A DNA stretch of 64,000 nucleotides from an uncultured delta proteobacterium (GCA_963828255.1 CAWHDZ010000019.1:1-64000), one strand, 5' to 3'; positions 1 to 10,488 are shown, counted from the stretch's first letter. Made by a program: numbers and translations. The notes: a model not told the origin generated them from the letters alone.

Positions 1-188
1 CCGTTCGCGGAGACGGTCGCGGAAACCGCCGCCATCGGCAGCGAGCCGGAGGAGTGCTTCGGAGTGGAGGAGATCTGGGCGACGAAGGCGCCGAGGACGA
101 TGGCAAGGGAGGCGACCACGAAGAGGTCGTTCCAGCCGTGGGACTTCGAGACGTTGAAGCGAATCGAGTTCTGGTTCCGGGTCGTCAT
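1..188 (-). CDS. Small hypothetical membrane protein, partial (runs off window edge)
   Basis: Hand translation from ATG at 188: MTTRNQNSIRFNVSKSHGWNDLFVVASLAIVLGAFVAQISS...; GGAGA SD-like motif upstream; one hydrophobic segment. Absent from the ORF track because there is no stop in the window. Confidence 0.55.
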   Translation of the reverse strand, partial: MTTRNQNSIRFNVSKSHGWNDLFVVASLAIVLGAFVAQISSTPKHSSGSLPMAAVSATVSAN

Positions 189-1308
189 GGCGTTCTCCGT
201 TCCGCGTCGGGGATTCGAAAGCCTCTTGTGTGAATGGAGGCAGGGGCCCGGAAAGTGTGACCGGAACCTGGAAAGCATAGTTATTGCAGGCGCGTGGCGA
301 CTTCCTCGCGCGCCACTCCGCCATCGGCTCGGAGGCGTGGGGTACTCCACGGGTGAAGAGATCCATGTGCGCGTCGCCGTAGACCTGGCGGGCCGAGTAC
401 TGGTTGTGAACCCTGCAAGCCAGCCGGCAGTTCTCCACGGTCGAAGGGCCGCCGCGTCCCCGTGGAACCACGTGATCGATCTCCAGCCTCGTCGTGGATC
501 CGCACACGCCGCCCCCGTCCACGGGCCATTGGCACTTGCCCTCGTCGCGCGCCCAGACCGCCCGCTTCACCGCCGCGGTGACGTGCTCGGCCTTCGCCGG
601 ACGCGGCTTCTTCTGCGGCCTCTTCACCTCAGCCCGGCGGCTGGCCTGTCTCTCGAGCAGCAGATCCAGCGCCGCCTCGATCACCTGCTCCTTCGTCGCG
701 CCGGGCTGCACGTGCCCCTGTCCCCGCCGGGCCGCCTCGAGCTTGTCGAGGAACTGGCTCGACACGGTCAGGTGGATGCGGCTCTCGTTGGCCGTCAGCG
801 GCTCGACCCGCATCGGCGGAGTTTCGTCCGGACGAAACTCGGTCGAACGCACCTCCGGCCGAACCACCGTCACCACCTGGGTGACCACCTCCCGCCTGGG
901 GATCACCGGCGCCGGCAGGATCGCCGCGGCCACTGCCTTCGCCTGCCGCTTCGACATGTGGAAGAACTGGGGCAGGGCCTCCGCCCGGTTCTCCGGGGTC
1001 ATCACCCGGGCCAGCTCGACGATGCTCGTGATGCAAAGCTTGCCCTCCCGGAGCGGCTCGACCACCTCGGGGAAGCGCTGGATGAGCCTGGCGGCGACCT
1101 TGCGGAAGTGCGCCGCCCCGTCGGAGAGCCGAAGCTCGCGCTGCAGGTAGTAGAAGAGGCACGAGTGGCCCAGCTCCCGCCATAGGGCCCGACGGTCGAA
1201 GTCTGCGAGGGCCACCAGGAAATCGGCCATGGCTCCCTGCTCGTGGCGCAGCAGGGTGGAGAGGTTGCGGGAGGATTCGCGCGCTACGGCGAGGTTCGTG
1301 TCGTTCAT
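1..1308 (-). CDS. HNH endonuclease with long helical N-terminal region; nuclease-like coding ends at about 300, no in-frame stop within window
   Basis: Hand translation from ATG 1308: MNDTNLAVARESSRNLSTLLRHEQGAMADFLVALADFDRRALWRELGHSCLFYYLQRELRLSDGAAHFR...KRAVWARDEGKCQWPVDGGGVCGSTTRLEIDHVVPRGRGGPSTVENCRLACRVHN, a canonical HNH motif (DH...GG...N...C..HN). GC3-rich codons down to about 300. Confidence 0.85.
   Translation of the reverse strand, partial: MNDTNLAVARESSRNLSTLLRHEQGAMADFLVALADFDRRALWRELGHSCLFYYLQRELRLSDGAAHFRKVAARLIQRFPEVVEPLREGKLCITSIVELARVMTPENRAEALPQFFHMSKRQAKAVAAAILPAPVIPRREVVTQVVTVVRPEVRSTEFRPDETPPMRVEPLTANESRIHLTVSSQFLDKLEAARRGQGHVQPGATKEQVIEAALDLLLERQASRRAEVKRPQKKPRPAKAEHVTAAVKRAVWARDEGKCQWPVDGGGVCGSTTRLEIDHVVPRGRGGPSTVENCRLACRVHNQYSARQVYGDAHMDLFTRGVPHASEPMAEWRARKSPRACNNYAFQVPVTLSGPLPPFTQEAFESPTRNGERHDDPEPELDSLQRLEVPRLERPLRGRLPCHRPRRLRRPDLLHSEALLRLAADGGGFRDRLRER
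819..840. repeat. Perfect 22-bp palindrome GAGTTTCGTCC/GGACGAAACTC inside the HNH gene
   Basis: Read directly: 819-829 is the reverse complement of 830-840. Confidence 0.95.
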
Positions 1309-1523
1309 GGATCGACTGTCTCACGGGAAATTTCGGCCTCGCCAAGCGCACGAGGATGCCCAGGCGCGCGAGATTCGACAAGGGGATCTCGGACCTCGCC
1401 AGGAACGCGTGCGTCGCCCCACGGCGAAATGCGGCGGCCTGAAGCACCTTCCCGCGCACCTCGTTCGCCGGAGCGTGAAATCGCGAAATGCGTGTCAATC
1501 CCCACGCCCCATCTTCCCGATGG

Positions 1524-1583
1524 TCCGCGGCGCGGACGGTACAGCCCGACGACCCTTCCGCGGAGCGAGCTCCGCGGCGCGGA
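1524..1583. repeat. Two copies of self-palindromic 13-mer TCCGCGGCGCGGA (1524-1536, 1571-1583) plus hairpin CCGCGGAGC-GA-GCTCCGCGG (1558-1577)
   Basis: Read directly in the divergent HNH/addB intergenic region. Confidence 0.7.
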
Positions 1584-1613
1584 GTCAGCCCCACCACGTA
1601 TCCTCCCACCCCA

Positions 1614-4579
1614 GTGTCCGATCTCGTCGTCGTCCCCAACGCGCTCCGGAAATCCAGGGTCGAGCGCCGCCTCTGCGACGCGCAGGACGGCCTCCTCTTC
1701 GGTCCGCGCGTCTCGACCCTCCAGCACCTCGCCCCCGGCCTCCTCGCCGCCGCGGCGGACCGGCGCACCATCCTGACGCCCCTCGCCGAGCGCTTCCTCG
1801 CCCTCGCCGCCGCCCGCGACTCCGGCCTCCTCGCCGGCGCCGGTCCGGGCAACGGCGCAGGCCGGGCCGCCGCGCGCCTCCTCTCCGAGCTTCGCTCCGC
1901 CGAGGTCACCCCGTCCGACCTCCGCGCCGCCGCCACCACCGCACCCGGACGCGTCGGCGAACGGCTCCTCGCCGCCGCTGCCTCGCTCGCCACCTACGAG
2001 GACCTGCTCGCCGATCGCAACGCCCTCGACGCGGCCGGCGCCCTCCGTGCCGCAGCCGTCGCCGCCGAGCGCGGCGCCCTCTCCGAGGAGACCCGCGACC
2101 TCGGCCTCCTCGTCCTGGAAGGGCTCCTCCCCACCTCCCGCGCCGCCCTCGACCTGGGCGCGGCGCTGGTTGCGCGGGCCCGGCGGGTCCTGGCCCGCAT
2201 CCCCTTCCTCCCCGAGGAGCCTTCCCGATCCGTCCCCGCGGAGCCCTGGCTGCGCCGGGTCGAGTCGCTCCACGAGTTCTCCGTCCAGCGCGACCTCGAG
2301 GTCCGGTTCCCGGCGACCGGCGCCATCACCAGGGGGAGGGTGGTCCGGCTGCCCGCCCCGTCCGACGACGCGCAGTGCGACGCCGCGGCCCGCTTCGCCG
2401 CTTCCCTCCTCGACGGGGGCTTCGCCGCGGCCGACGTCGCCGTCATCGCCCCGCGGCGGATCCTGGAGGGACTGCCGGAAGCCTTCGCACGCCTGGGCGT
2501 GCCGCTCTCCGCCCCGACGTCCCGCCCGCTTTCCAGCGTCCCGCTGGTCCGCGACGTCCGCGCCGCCCTCTCCGCCGCGGGTGAACTCGACCGGACCGCG
2601 CTGCTCGCGCTCCTGGGCTCCCCGTACCTCGGCCCCGCCGAGCCGCTGCCCGGCCTCCGCTTCCTCCTCGACCGCTCCGGGATCCTCGACGGCCGCGGCG
2701 ACCCGGCGGAACGGCTCAGGGCCCGTGCCGCCGTGCTCACCGGCGCCGGCCCCTCCGGCGCGGAGCGCCCCGCTCTCCTCCGCGCCGCACGCGCGGTGGA
2801 AACGCTCCACGGCTCGCTCGGCCCGCTCCGCAGCCCTGGCACCCCCGCCGAGTGGACCGCCCGGGTGCGCACCTTCCTCGACCGGTCCGGCGTCCGCCGG
2901 CGCGCCGGGCGCGGGGACACCGCCATCGCCCGCCGGGACCTCGCCGCCGTGTCGCGTCTCGAGGACGCGCTCGACGATCTCGCCGCGGCGCTCGCCATGG
3001 CCGGGCGCGCCGGGGACAGCATCCCGCGGGACGAGTGGGCGCCGCTCCTCGATCTGGCGCTGGAGCGCGCCGACCTCCCGTCCGGGCAGGGGCCGGCCGC
3101 CGGTGCGGTCGAGGCCTGGCCGCTGGAAGATGCGCCCGGGCTCACCTCCCGGGCCACGCTGGTCCTGGGGGCGGAGCGCGGCGCCTGGCCCGGCGTCCAC
3201 CGGGTGGACCCGCTTCTCGGCAACGCTGCGCGCGAGGCGCTCCAGGCCCACCTGGCCCGGCGGGCCCTCCCCACCGCATTTCATCAGCAGTCGGAGGCGG
3301 AGCTCCGGGGGTTCTGGGCCCTCGCCTCGGCCGCCGAGGTTCTGGCGGTGGGCTGGACCCACGGACCGGACCGGGAGGGTCCGGCGGTGCTCGCGGCCCA
3401 GGTCCTCGACGAGGCCGCCGCCCCGGAGCTGTCACTCGCCGTCGATCCCGCCCTGGAGGACGCCCGCGGTGAGGCCGAGGCGCTGCGGGGGGCGGCCCGG
3501 CTCGCCGGCGAGGGGCGGGCGGAGCGGGCCCGCGCGGCGCTCGCCTCGCTGCCCGACCTGGCCGCACGCGCCGCCGACGCCGCCCTGCGGGGGCTTCAGG
3601 AGAGGGAGCGGCGCCAGTCCTGGCTCACCCGATCGGCATCTCCGTCCCTGGGGCAGATCCCCCCGGCCTCGCCGCCTGGCGGGAGGCGCTTCCGGAGCAG
3701 TGGAGCCCCACCGAGCTCGAGACCCACGCCGCCTGCCCCTTCAAGTACCTGCTCCGGAAGGCGGGGATCCGGGAGCCCGGCCTGGGCGACCTGGACATGG
3801 AGCCGCGCGACGAGGGAGCGCTGCTCCACGCCATCCTCGAAAGCTTCGTCCGCGCCCGCGTCGAGCGGGGCGCCTGGCCTCCGGAGGACGACGCCGCCGG
3901 CCGGGAGGAGGCCCGGACGGTTGCCGGGGAGCTCTTCGCCCGGTTCGAGGGGGAGGGGCGCGTCGGGGACCCCGCCACCTGGGCGGCGCGGCGGGAGGCC
4001 TTGCTGCGCAGGCTCGACCGGTTCGTCGCCGCGGAAGCCCGGAGCGACCCGGCGCTGCGCCCCGTCCTGCTCGAGTTCGAGTTCGGCGGGAAGTCGGAGC
4101 GCCCTCCGGTGGCCATCCCGGCCGAGGGCGGCGCCATCCTCCTGCAGGGACGCATCGACCGGGTGGACGCCGACGACGGGCGTATCGTCGTCGTGGACTA
4201 CAAGAACTCCCGGTCGTCCCAGGCCACCCGGAAGAGGCTCTCCACCGACGCCCTGGGGAAGAAGAGCTTCCAGGCGCCGGTCTACCTCCTCGCCGCGGCC
4301 CGGGAGCTTCCCGGCCGGACCGCCTTCTCGGCCACCTACGCGCTGCTCCGCTCCGGGGAGCGGGTCCCTCCCTGGTCCACCTCCCCCGGCGACCCGTTCC
4401 TGGCGCTAACCCTGGAGAAGCGCGCGGCGGTCCGGGCGGAGGGCGGCACCACCCTCGCCGACGGGGTGGTGGCGGCGGTGGCGCGGATCCGGGCCGGGGC
4501 GCTCCCGGTGGTCTCGGAGGACTGCACCGGCTGCACCTTCGGCGCCGTCTGCCGCTTTCCGCGCGCGGGAGAGGCATGA
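1614..4579 (+). CDS. addB: AddB/RexB-like helicase-nuclease subunit with C-terminal PD-(D/E)xK Fe-S nuclease domain; interrupted by a 1-nt frameshift at the C6 run 3659-3664
   Basis: GTG start at 1614 in ORF 1488-4409. After GQIPP the sensible sequence continues in the frame of ORF 3797-4579: WSPTELETHAACPFKY...LQGRIDRVD...VVDYK...FQAPVY...CTGCTFGAVC. Stop overlaps the addA start (ATGA). Confidence 0.85.
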
Positions 4580-7500
4580 GCCCGCTGCCCGAGGGCGCCC
4601 GGTGGAGCGACGCCGCCCTGGCGCTCTTCGACGCGTCGGGTGCGACCGCGGTGTCGGCCGGCGCCGGCTCGGGCAAGACCACGGCGCTGCTCGAGCTCCT
4701 CCGCAGGCGGCTCGCCGGGATCGGGCCGGAGGAGCCGCTCGCCCCCCGCGACGTGGTGGCCATCACGTTCACCGAACGTGCAGGCAGCGAGCTGGTCGAT
4801 CGGCTCGGCCACGAGCTCGCCGACGGGGTCCGGGCCCTGCGCGCCGGCGGGGACGAGACGCGCGCCGCACGGCTCGCGCTGGCGCTGCGGGAACTGCCGT
4901 CCATGTCGGTCGGGACCATCCACGGGTACGCGGCCGCACTGCTGCGCCTCCACCCGCTCGAGGCGGGGGTGGACCCCGACTTCGGCGTGCTCGACGAGGA
5001 GCGGGCCCGCGACCTGCTCTCCACCGCGGCGCTCCAGGGCGCCATGGCCGCACTCGACCGCGGCGGCGACCCGTCCCGCGCGCTGGCCAGGGCGCTCTCC
5101 GGGGCGCGGGGCGTGGCCGACGAGGCGGCGTCGCTCGTCCGGGAGCGGGCCACCCGTGGGCTCGCCGGTGCGCCGGAGGGGGTGCCGGGGGATCAGGCGG
5201 AGTTCGATCGGCAGCGGACCGACCTCCTCGCCGCGGCCTCCGACCTCGCCGCCCTGGCCGGCTCCGCCACGACCGCCACCGGCCGGGAGGCGCTGGCCGC
5301 GCTCGGGGCGCGCCTGGCCACGGTCCACGGTTCGCAGCGGCGCGACGATCCCTGGGACGAGGCGGAGCGGCTCTTCGACCTGTCCGCCTCCTTGAAGGGC
5401 TGGCGCACCGGCAAGCGCGATCCCCCCGAACTGCTGGCCGCGCGCGACCGGCTCGCCGAGGCGGCCCGGGTCCTGCCCCTGGCGGCGGCCGAGATCGCCG
5501 CAGCGCCCGTCGCCGCGGCGATGGCCGGCCTGGTGGGCGAGGTGGAGCGCCGTTACGCGGAGTCGAAGGCCCGGGCGGGGGTGCTCGACTTCGACGACCT
5601 GCTGGTGCGGGCCCGTGACCTGCTGCGCGACGTCCCCGCGGTCCGCGCCGAGGTCCGGGCCAGGGTGCGCGCGCTCCTCGTGGACGAGTACCAGGACGTG
5701 AACGGGCTGCAGGCGGAGATCTTCGATCGGATGGCCGGGGCGGCCGAGGGCGGGACCGGGGAGGGCGCGGCACCGCTCTGCGTGGCCGTCGGCGACGCCA
5801 AGCAGTCCATCTACCGGTTCCGGGGCGCGGACGTCACGGTCTTCGCATCGCTCATCGAGCGGCTCTCGGCCGGGGGCGGCCAGGTGGTCCACCTGCGCGA
5901 GAACCACCGCTCCACCCCCGGCGTCGTCGGGTTCGTGAACACCGTGCTGGGCGCCGACCCGGGCGCACTCGGCGTCCCCTTCGGTCCCGAGGACCGGCTC
6001 CGATCCACCCGGGAAGACGGAGACCTTCCGGCAGCGGAACTGCTCGAGGACCCGGGCGACGTCGCAGGCGGCGGCTCCCGCGACGTTTCCGGCGAGGAGC
6101 GGCGCCTCCGCGAGGCGCACGGCCTGGCGGCCCGGGCGGCGGAACTGGTGGCGGCCGGCCGGCGCCCCGGGGAGCTCGCCATCCTCTTCCGCAGGCTCAC
6201 CCACGTCGGCGTCTTCGAGCGGGCCCTGCGCGAGGCGGGGCTGCCGGTCCGGGTGGCCCGGGGGGGCGGGTTCTTCCAGGCTCCGGAGGTCCGCGACCTC
6301 GGCGAGCTGTGCGCGCTGGTCGAGGAGCCGGGCGACGCGGTGGCCTGGGCGGCGCTCCTGCGCTCCCCGCTCTGCAGCCTCTCCGACGGGTCGCTCCTGG
6401 CGCTGGCGCGAGACGGGCTCGCCGGGCTCGTCCGCGTCGAGCCGGAGGATGCGGCGGCAGCGCTCGACGCCGCCCGTGGCGGGGCTGCCCCGGAGGGCGA
6501 GGGCGCGCGGCTCGGTCGATTCCTCGCCACGTGGAGGGAGCTGCGCGCGGCGCGGCGAAGGCTCGACGTCGGAGACCTCCTGGAGCTCGCGGTCCGGCGG
6601 CTCGACCTCGAGGCGGCGCTCTTGGCCGGCCCGGACGGGGAACGGCGCGCCGGGAACCTCCGCAAGGCGCTCGTCCTGGCGCGGCGCGAGGCGGAGCGCG
6701 GCGCCACGCCGGCCGACCTCGCCGAGCGGCTGCGCCGGATGGCGCTCCGGCCGCCGCGCGAGCCGGAGGCCGATGGGGGAGCGGCCGACGCCGTCTCGCT
6801 CCTCACCGTGCACCAGGCGAAGGGGCTCGAGTGGCCGGTGGTCTTCGTCCCGGAACTGGCGGCGCGCCCCCCGGCGGCGCAGCGCCGGCCGGTCCTCGAC
6901 GAGCGAGGGAGGGTGGCCGTCCCGCTCTTCCCCGGGAACGGAGACGGCGCCGAGGAGACCACCACGACCGCGCGCCTCCGGGCCGCGGCGTCGGCGGCCG
7001 AGTCGGCCGAGTCCCGCCGCCTCCTCTACGTGGCGCTCACCCGCGCGCGCGACCGGATCGTCCTCTCCGGGGCGGGCGGACGGACCACCTCCGGGAGCTG
7101 GGCGGAGGTCGTGGGGCGGGCTCCCCCGGACGTGCTCACCAGGAGGCCGGCTCCGGAGCGGGCGTCGCCTCCGGCCGTCGCCGTGCCGAGGGACGCCGGC
7201 CCCGCTCCCCGGGAGACGCGCCTGCGCGCCGCCCCGTCCCCGCTGCCGCTCCGCATCTCGGTGACCAGCCTGGCCGAGTACGCGCGGTGCCCGCGGCGCC
7301 ACTGGTTCACCACCTGGATGCGGATCCCCGAGCCCAGGGTCGACGAGCACGGCGGCGACGACCCCGACCGCGCCACGGTGCGCGGGACGCTGGCCCACGC
7401 GCTCCTCTCCGAGGCAGACCTGCTCGCGCCGCCCCTGGAGCGGCGCGCGCTGCTCGCCGCCACCGCCGCGCGGCGCGGGGAGGACCCCGGCCGCCCGGGG

Positions 7501-8028
7501 ATCCGGCGCATCGTCGAGGACGTGGACCGCTTCCTCGCCTCCGCCGCCGGCGACCGGCTGGCCGCGGCCGCCCGGGGCGGCGCCCTGCGCCGTGAGCTCC
7601 CGTTCGTCGTGCGGCTCGAGGGGGCGCCGGACTGCTACCTCGACGGCGCGCTCGATGCACTCATCGTGAACGACGACCGGGTGGAGGTCCTCGACTTCAA
7701 GTACGCGCGCCACCACCCCGGGGCCGAGGAGCGCTACCGCGTCCAGCTGGCCGCCTACGCGCTGGCGGCCGCGCGGGCCTTCCCGGGGCGGCCGGTGCGG
7801 GCCGCGCTCCACTTCCTGCGCCCGCCCTTCGAGGTGGACGTGACCCCTTCGCCGGACGACCTGGCGCGCCTGGCCGGGGAGGCCCCGGCGCTGGCGCTCT
7901 CGGCTGCCCGGGGCGAGGGGCGCGACCGGTCGCCGGCCGACCTGGGGCGCGATGCGGAGCGCTGCCGCGCCGAGGGATGCGGATATCTAGAGAGGTGCTT
8001 CGGCCCGCCCGGCCCGCCGGGGGCGTGA
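4576..8028 (+). CDS. addA: AddA/UvrD-family helicase with C-terminal RecB-type nuclease
   Basis: Motifs AGAGSGKT, AITFTERA, LLVDEYQD, VGDAKQSIYRFRGAD, LTVHQAKGLEW, RLLYVALTRA, then nuclease DGALD..LDFK...QLAAY. Confidence 0.92.
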   Translation: MSPLPEGARWSDAALALFDASGATAVSAGAGSGKTTALLELLRRRLAGIGPEEPLAPRDVVAITFTERAGSELVDRLGHELADGVRALRAGGDETRAARLALALRELPSMSVGTIHGYAAALLRLHPLEAGVDPDFGVLDEERARDLLSTAALQGAMAALDRGGDPSRALARALSGARGVADEAASLVRERATRGLAGAPEGVPGDQAEFDRQRTDLLAAASDLAALAGSATTATGREALAALGARLATVHGSQRRDDPWDEAERLFDLSASLKGWRTGKRDPPELLAARDRLAEAARVLPLAAAEIAAAPVAAAMAGLVGEVERRYAESKARAGVLDFDDLLVRARDLLRDVPAVRAEVRARVRALLVDEYQDVNGLQAEIFDRMAGAAEGGTGEGAAPLCVAVGDAKQSIYRFRGADVTVFASLIERLSAGGGQVVHLRENHRSTPGVVGFVNTVLGADPGALGVPFGPEDRLRSTREDGDLPAAELLEDPGDVAGGGSRDVSGEERRLREAHGLAARAAELVAAGRRPGELAILFRRLTHVGVFERALREAGLPVRVARGGGFFQAPEVRDLGELCALVEEPGDAVAWAALLRSPLCSLSDGSLLALARDGLAGLVRVEPEDAAAALDAARGGAAPEGEGARLGRFLATWRELRAARRRLDVGDLLELAVRRLDLEAALLAGPDGERRAGNLRKALVLARREAERGATPADLAERLRRMALRPPREPEADGGAADAVSLLTVHQAKGLEWPVVFVPELAARPPAAQRRPVLDERGRVAVPLFPGNGDGAEETTTTARLRAAASAAESAESRRLLYVALTRARDRIVLSGAGGRTTSGSWAEVVGRAPPDVLTRRPAPERASPPAVAVPRDAGPAPRETRLRAAPSPLPLRISVTSLAEYARCPRRHWFTTWMRIPEPRVDEHGGDDPDRATVRGTLAHALLSEADLLAPPLERRALLAATAARRGEDPGRPGIRRIVEDVDRFLASAAGDRLAAAARGGALRRELPFVVRLEGAPDCYLDGALDALIVNDDRVEVLDFKYARHHPGAEERYRVQLAAYALAAARAFPGRPVRAALHFLRPPFEVDVTPSPDDLARLAGEAPALALSAARGEGRDRSPADLGRDAERCRAEGCGYLERCFGPPGPPGA

Positions 8029-8098
8029 TATAAGACTCCGCGCCTAGCCCCCCGGATGGGGCCCGCGCCCACTTCCCCCGCAGTCCCCGGAGCCCAAG

Positions 8099-9019
8099 AT
8101 GAACATCACACCGCGCGTGAAGGAAATCCTCTCCTGGTACTCGTCCGACTGTCCGGGCACGCTCAACAACCTGGCGAGGCTCCTCGGGCACGGGAAGCTC
8201 GGCGGCACGGGCAAGCTCGTCATCCTCCCGGTGGACCAGGGCTTCGAGCACGGCCCGGCCCGCTCCTTCGCGCCGAACCCGGCCGGCTACGACCCGGACT
8301 ACCACTTCCAGCTCGCCATCGACGCAGGGTGCAACGCCTACGCCGCCCCGCTCGGGTTCATCGAGGCCGGCGCCGCCAAGTTCGCCGGCCAGGTCCCGAC
8401 CATCCTCAAGCTCAACAACTCCGACAGCCTCGCCAAGGTGGATCAGCCGGTCTCGGCCATCACCGGCTCGGTGGACGAGGCCCTGCGGCTCGGCTGCTGC
8501 GCGGTCGGCTACACCATCTACCCCGGCTCGGGCGCCCGGAACCGCCAGTACGAGGACCTCCGGGCCATCACCGAGGAGGCCAAGCGCAAGGGGCTCGTCG
8601 TGGTGGTGTGGAGCTACCCGCGCGGAGCCGGGGTCTCCAAGGACGGCGAGACGGCCACCGACATCGCCGCCTACGCCGCCCAGATCGCCGCCCAGCTCGG
8701 CGCCCACATCATCAAGGTGAAGCCCCCCAAGGATCTCGTCGAGGGGGCCGAGGCCAAGAAGGTGTTCGAGAAGTACGCCATCCCCACGAAGACGCTCCCC
8801 GAACGGGTCCGTCACGTGGTGCAGAGCGCCTTCAACGGCAAGCGGATCGTCATCTTCTCCGGCGGCGAGGCCAAGGGGACCGACGAGGTCCTGGCCGAGA
8901 TCCGCGGCCTCAAGGAGGGTGGCTCCTTCGGCTCCATCATGGGGCGAAACGCCTTCCAGCGCCCCCGCGCCGAGGCGCTCAAGCTCCTCGACGAGGTCAT
9001 GAAGATCTACGCGCCCTGA
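8099..9019 (+). CDS. fbaB: Class I fructose-bisphosphate aldolase (DhnA type)
   Basis: Motifs ILPVDQGFEHGP, VGYTIYPGS, WSYPRG, AHIIKVK, FSGG, GSIMGRNAFQR. Confidence 0.92.
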   Translation: MNITPRVKEILSWYSSDCPGTLNNLARLLGHGKLGGTGKLVILPVDQGFEHGPARSFAPNPAGYDPDYHFQLAIDAGCNAYAAPLGFIEAGAAKFAGQVPTILKLNNSDSLAKVDQPVSAITGSVDEALRLGCCAVGYTIYPGSGARNRQYEDLRAITEEAKRKGLVVVVWSYPRGAGVSKDGETATDIAAYAAQIAAQLGAHIIKVKPPKDLVEGAEAKKVFEKYAIPTKTLPERVRHVVQSAFNGKRIVIFSGGEAKGTDEVLAEIRGLKEGGSFGSIMGRNAFQRPRAEALKLLDEVMKIYAP

Positions 9020-9044
9020 ACCGGATCGGGCTCCGTGTCGAGTG

Positions 9045-9084
9045 AAAAGGGGTGCCACCCGATCCGGGTCGGCAACCCCTTTTT
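9045..9084 (+). terminator. Intrinsic terminator after fbaB (possibly bidirectional)
   Basis: AAAAGGGGTGCCACCCG-ATC-CGGGTCGGCAACCCCTTTTT: GC stem flanked by an A4 tract and a T5 tract. Confidence 0.75.
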
Positions 9085-9186
9085 CCTTGCCCTAGACCGG
9101 CGGTGGAGTCTATACGGAAAGTCCTTTAGATCACCGCCGTTACGTCGCTCGGGCGCGGTAGACCCGCGCCGCGAGGAAAGAGAACA

Positions 9187-9705
9187 ATGCGCCTTTATCC
9201 GAAGGTCATCCCCACCATCGCCCGCGAGGTCGTCCAGACCCTGATGCAGGACGGCGACGTCGAGGTGGAGACCATGCGGGTCAACGACGCCGAGATGGAC
9301 ATGGCCTCGGTCATGAAGGAGTACCTGGCCGCCGAGGAGCGTGTGAACGCGGCCACCCGGGAGGCCCTGGAGCGGCGCGGTTACGACCAGTCCCGCTTCA
9401 ACCAGGTCAAGCGCGAGATGGCCGATGTCCGCGGCTTCAAGATGGGCGACGAGGGCATCGAGTACGCCATCGGCCAGATGATGGAGCAGCTCCTCGTCTC
9501 CCGGAACGTCGAGGAGGTCTTCTCCGACGACCTGTCGCTCCGGAAGAAGATCTTCGGCATCTTCAAGCGCCACCTGGACGTGGACGACGAGATCGACCGC
9601 GAGGCCCGCGCCCGGCTGAAGCACCTCCAGGAAGGCACCACCGCCTGGGACGTGGAGTTCGGCAAGACGGTCGAGCTCCTGCGCCGCTCCCGCGGCCTCA
9701 TCTAG
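9187..9705 (+). CDS. DUF507 family protein
   Basis: MRLYPKVIPTIAREVVQTL..., VEEVFSDD..LRKKI, IDREARARLKHLQEGT resemble myxobacterial DUF507 proteins; GAGGA SD upstream. Confidence 0.7.
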   Translation: MRLYPKVIPTIAREVVQTLMQDGDVEVETMRVNDAEMDMASVMKEYLAAEERVNAATREALERRGYDQSRFNQVKREMADVRGFKMGDEGIEYAIGQMMEQLLVSRNVEEVFSDDLSLRKKIFGIFKRHLDVDDEIDREARARLKHLQEGTTAWDVEFGKTVELLRRSRGLI

Positions 9706-9726
9706 CCCAAGCCGCTCCGCCCGTCC

Positions 9727-10488
9727 TCAGGGCGGGTGGGAGAGCAGGGCCGAGGCCGGCCCCAGGTCGATCTCGCTCACCGCGCCCACCAGGATCCTCC
9801 TGGGATCGGTGGAGATCCACACGTAGAGCGGCCGCTTCGCGCCCGGCTTGTCGGCCCGCTCGATGGTCCCCTCCACCCGCAGCGTGTCGAAGAGCCCGCC
9901 CGCGCTGTCCACCCGCTCTGGCTTCGCCGCAACCTTGCCGCGGAACCGCCAGTAGCGGCGGAGCCCCACCACGTCGAAGCAGATCTCCTGGCCCGGCTTC
10001 AGGTCCGCCGCGCGCAGGTAGTAGGCCGCCGAGAGGGCGTCGAGCACCTCGCCCTGCCGTTCGTACCGCGCCGAGCCCTTCTGGCCGCCGAAGTCGGTCT
10101 CGATGATCACCGCGGCCGGGTCGCCGCGGATCCGGGCGTCGCTGCTCTTCTTCACCCCGTCCTCGAGCACGTCGTCCCGGGCGCGCTCGGGGAGCAGGGT
10201 CTTCGCGTCCACCCAGGAGAAGGCGGTGCCGACGATCTTGCGGATCTTGGCGAAGATGGAGGTGTTCTTCACCCGCGCCTTGAGCGGGATCTGAGTCCCG
10301 TCGAACATCGGGCGCCCCGCCTCCATCGACATCGTGCCGGCCTTCACCATCCCCATGACCTCGAGGTCGTACTGGAGCACCTCGCCGGAGCGCCAGGGCA
10401 GGGGGCCGGCGCGCAGCGCGGGGAGGGCGCAGGGCTCGGCGGCGGCGAGGAGCGAGGCGAGCGAGAGCCCGGCGACGGCGGCGATCAA
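9727..10488 (-). CDS. DUF3108 domain exported protein
   Basis: Signal peptide; GEVLQYD, DALSAAYYLR, AGGLFDTLRV, VWISTDPRRILV typical of DUF3108. Confidence 0.7.
   Translation of the reverse strand: MIAAVAGLSLASLLAAAEPCALPALRAGPLPWRSGEVLQYDLEVMGMVKAGTMSMEAGRPMFDGTQIPLKARVKNTSIFAKIRKIVGTAFSWVDAKTLLPERARDDVLEDGVKKSSDARIRGDPAAVIIETDFGGQKGSARYERQGEVLDALSAAYYLRAADLKPGQEICFDVVGLRRYWRFRGKVAAKPERVDSAGGLFDTLRVEGTIERADKPGAKRPLYVWISTDPRRILVGAVSEIDLGPASALLSHPP

Noticed and set aside
64..1185. 373-aa plus-strand ORF
   Set aside because: Antisense shadow of the HNH gene.
3659..3664. Programmed frameshift or pseudogenisation of addB
   Set aside because: A single missing C in a homopolymer with both halves intact and coupled to addA; same error signature as elsewhere in the window.
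2047..4575. Long N-terminal extension of AddA and other very long overlapping ORFs (for example 27735-31703, 28280-33154, 4336-7812)
   Set aside because: Arg/Pro/Gly-rich shadow frames expected in very high-GC DNA; no recognisable motifs.
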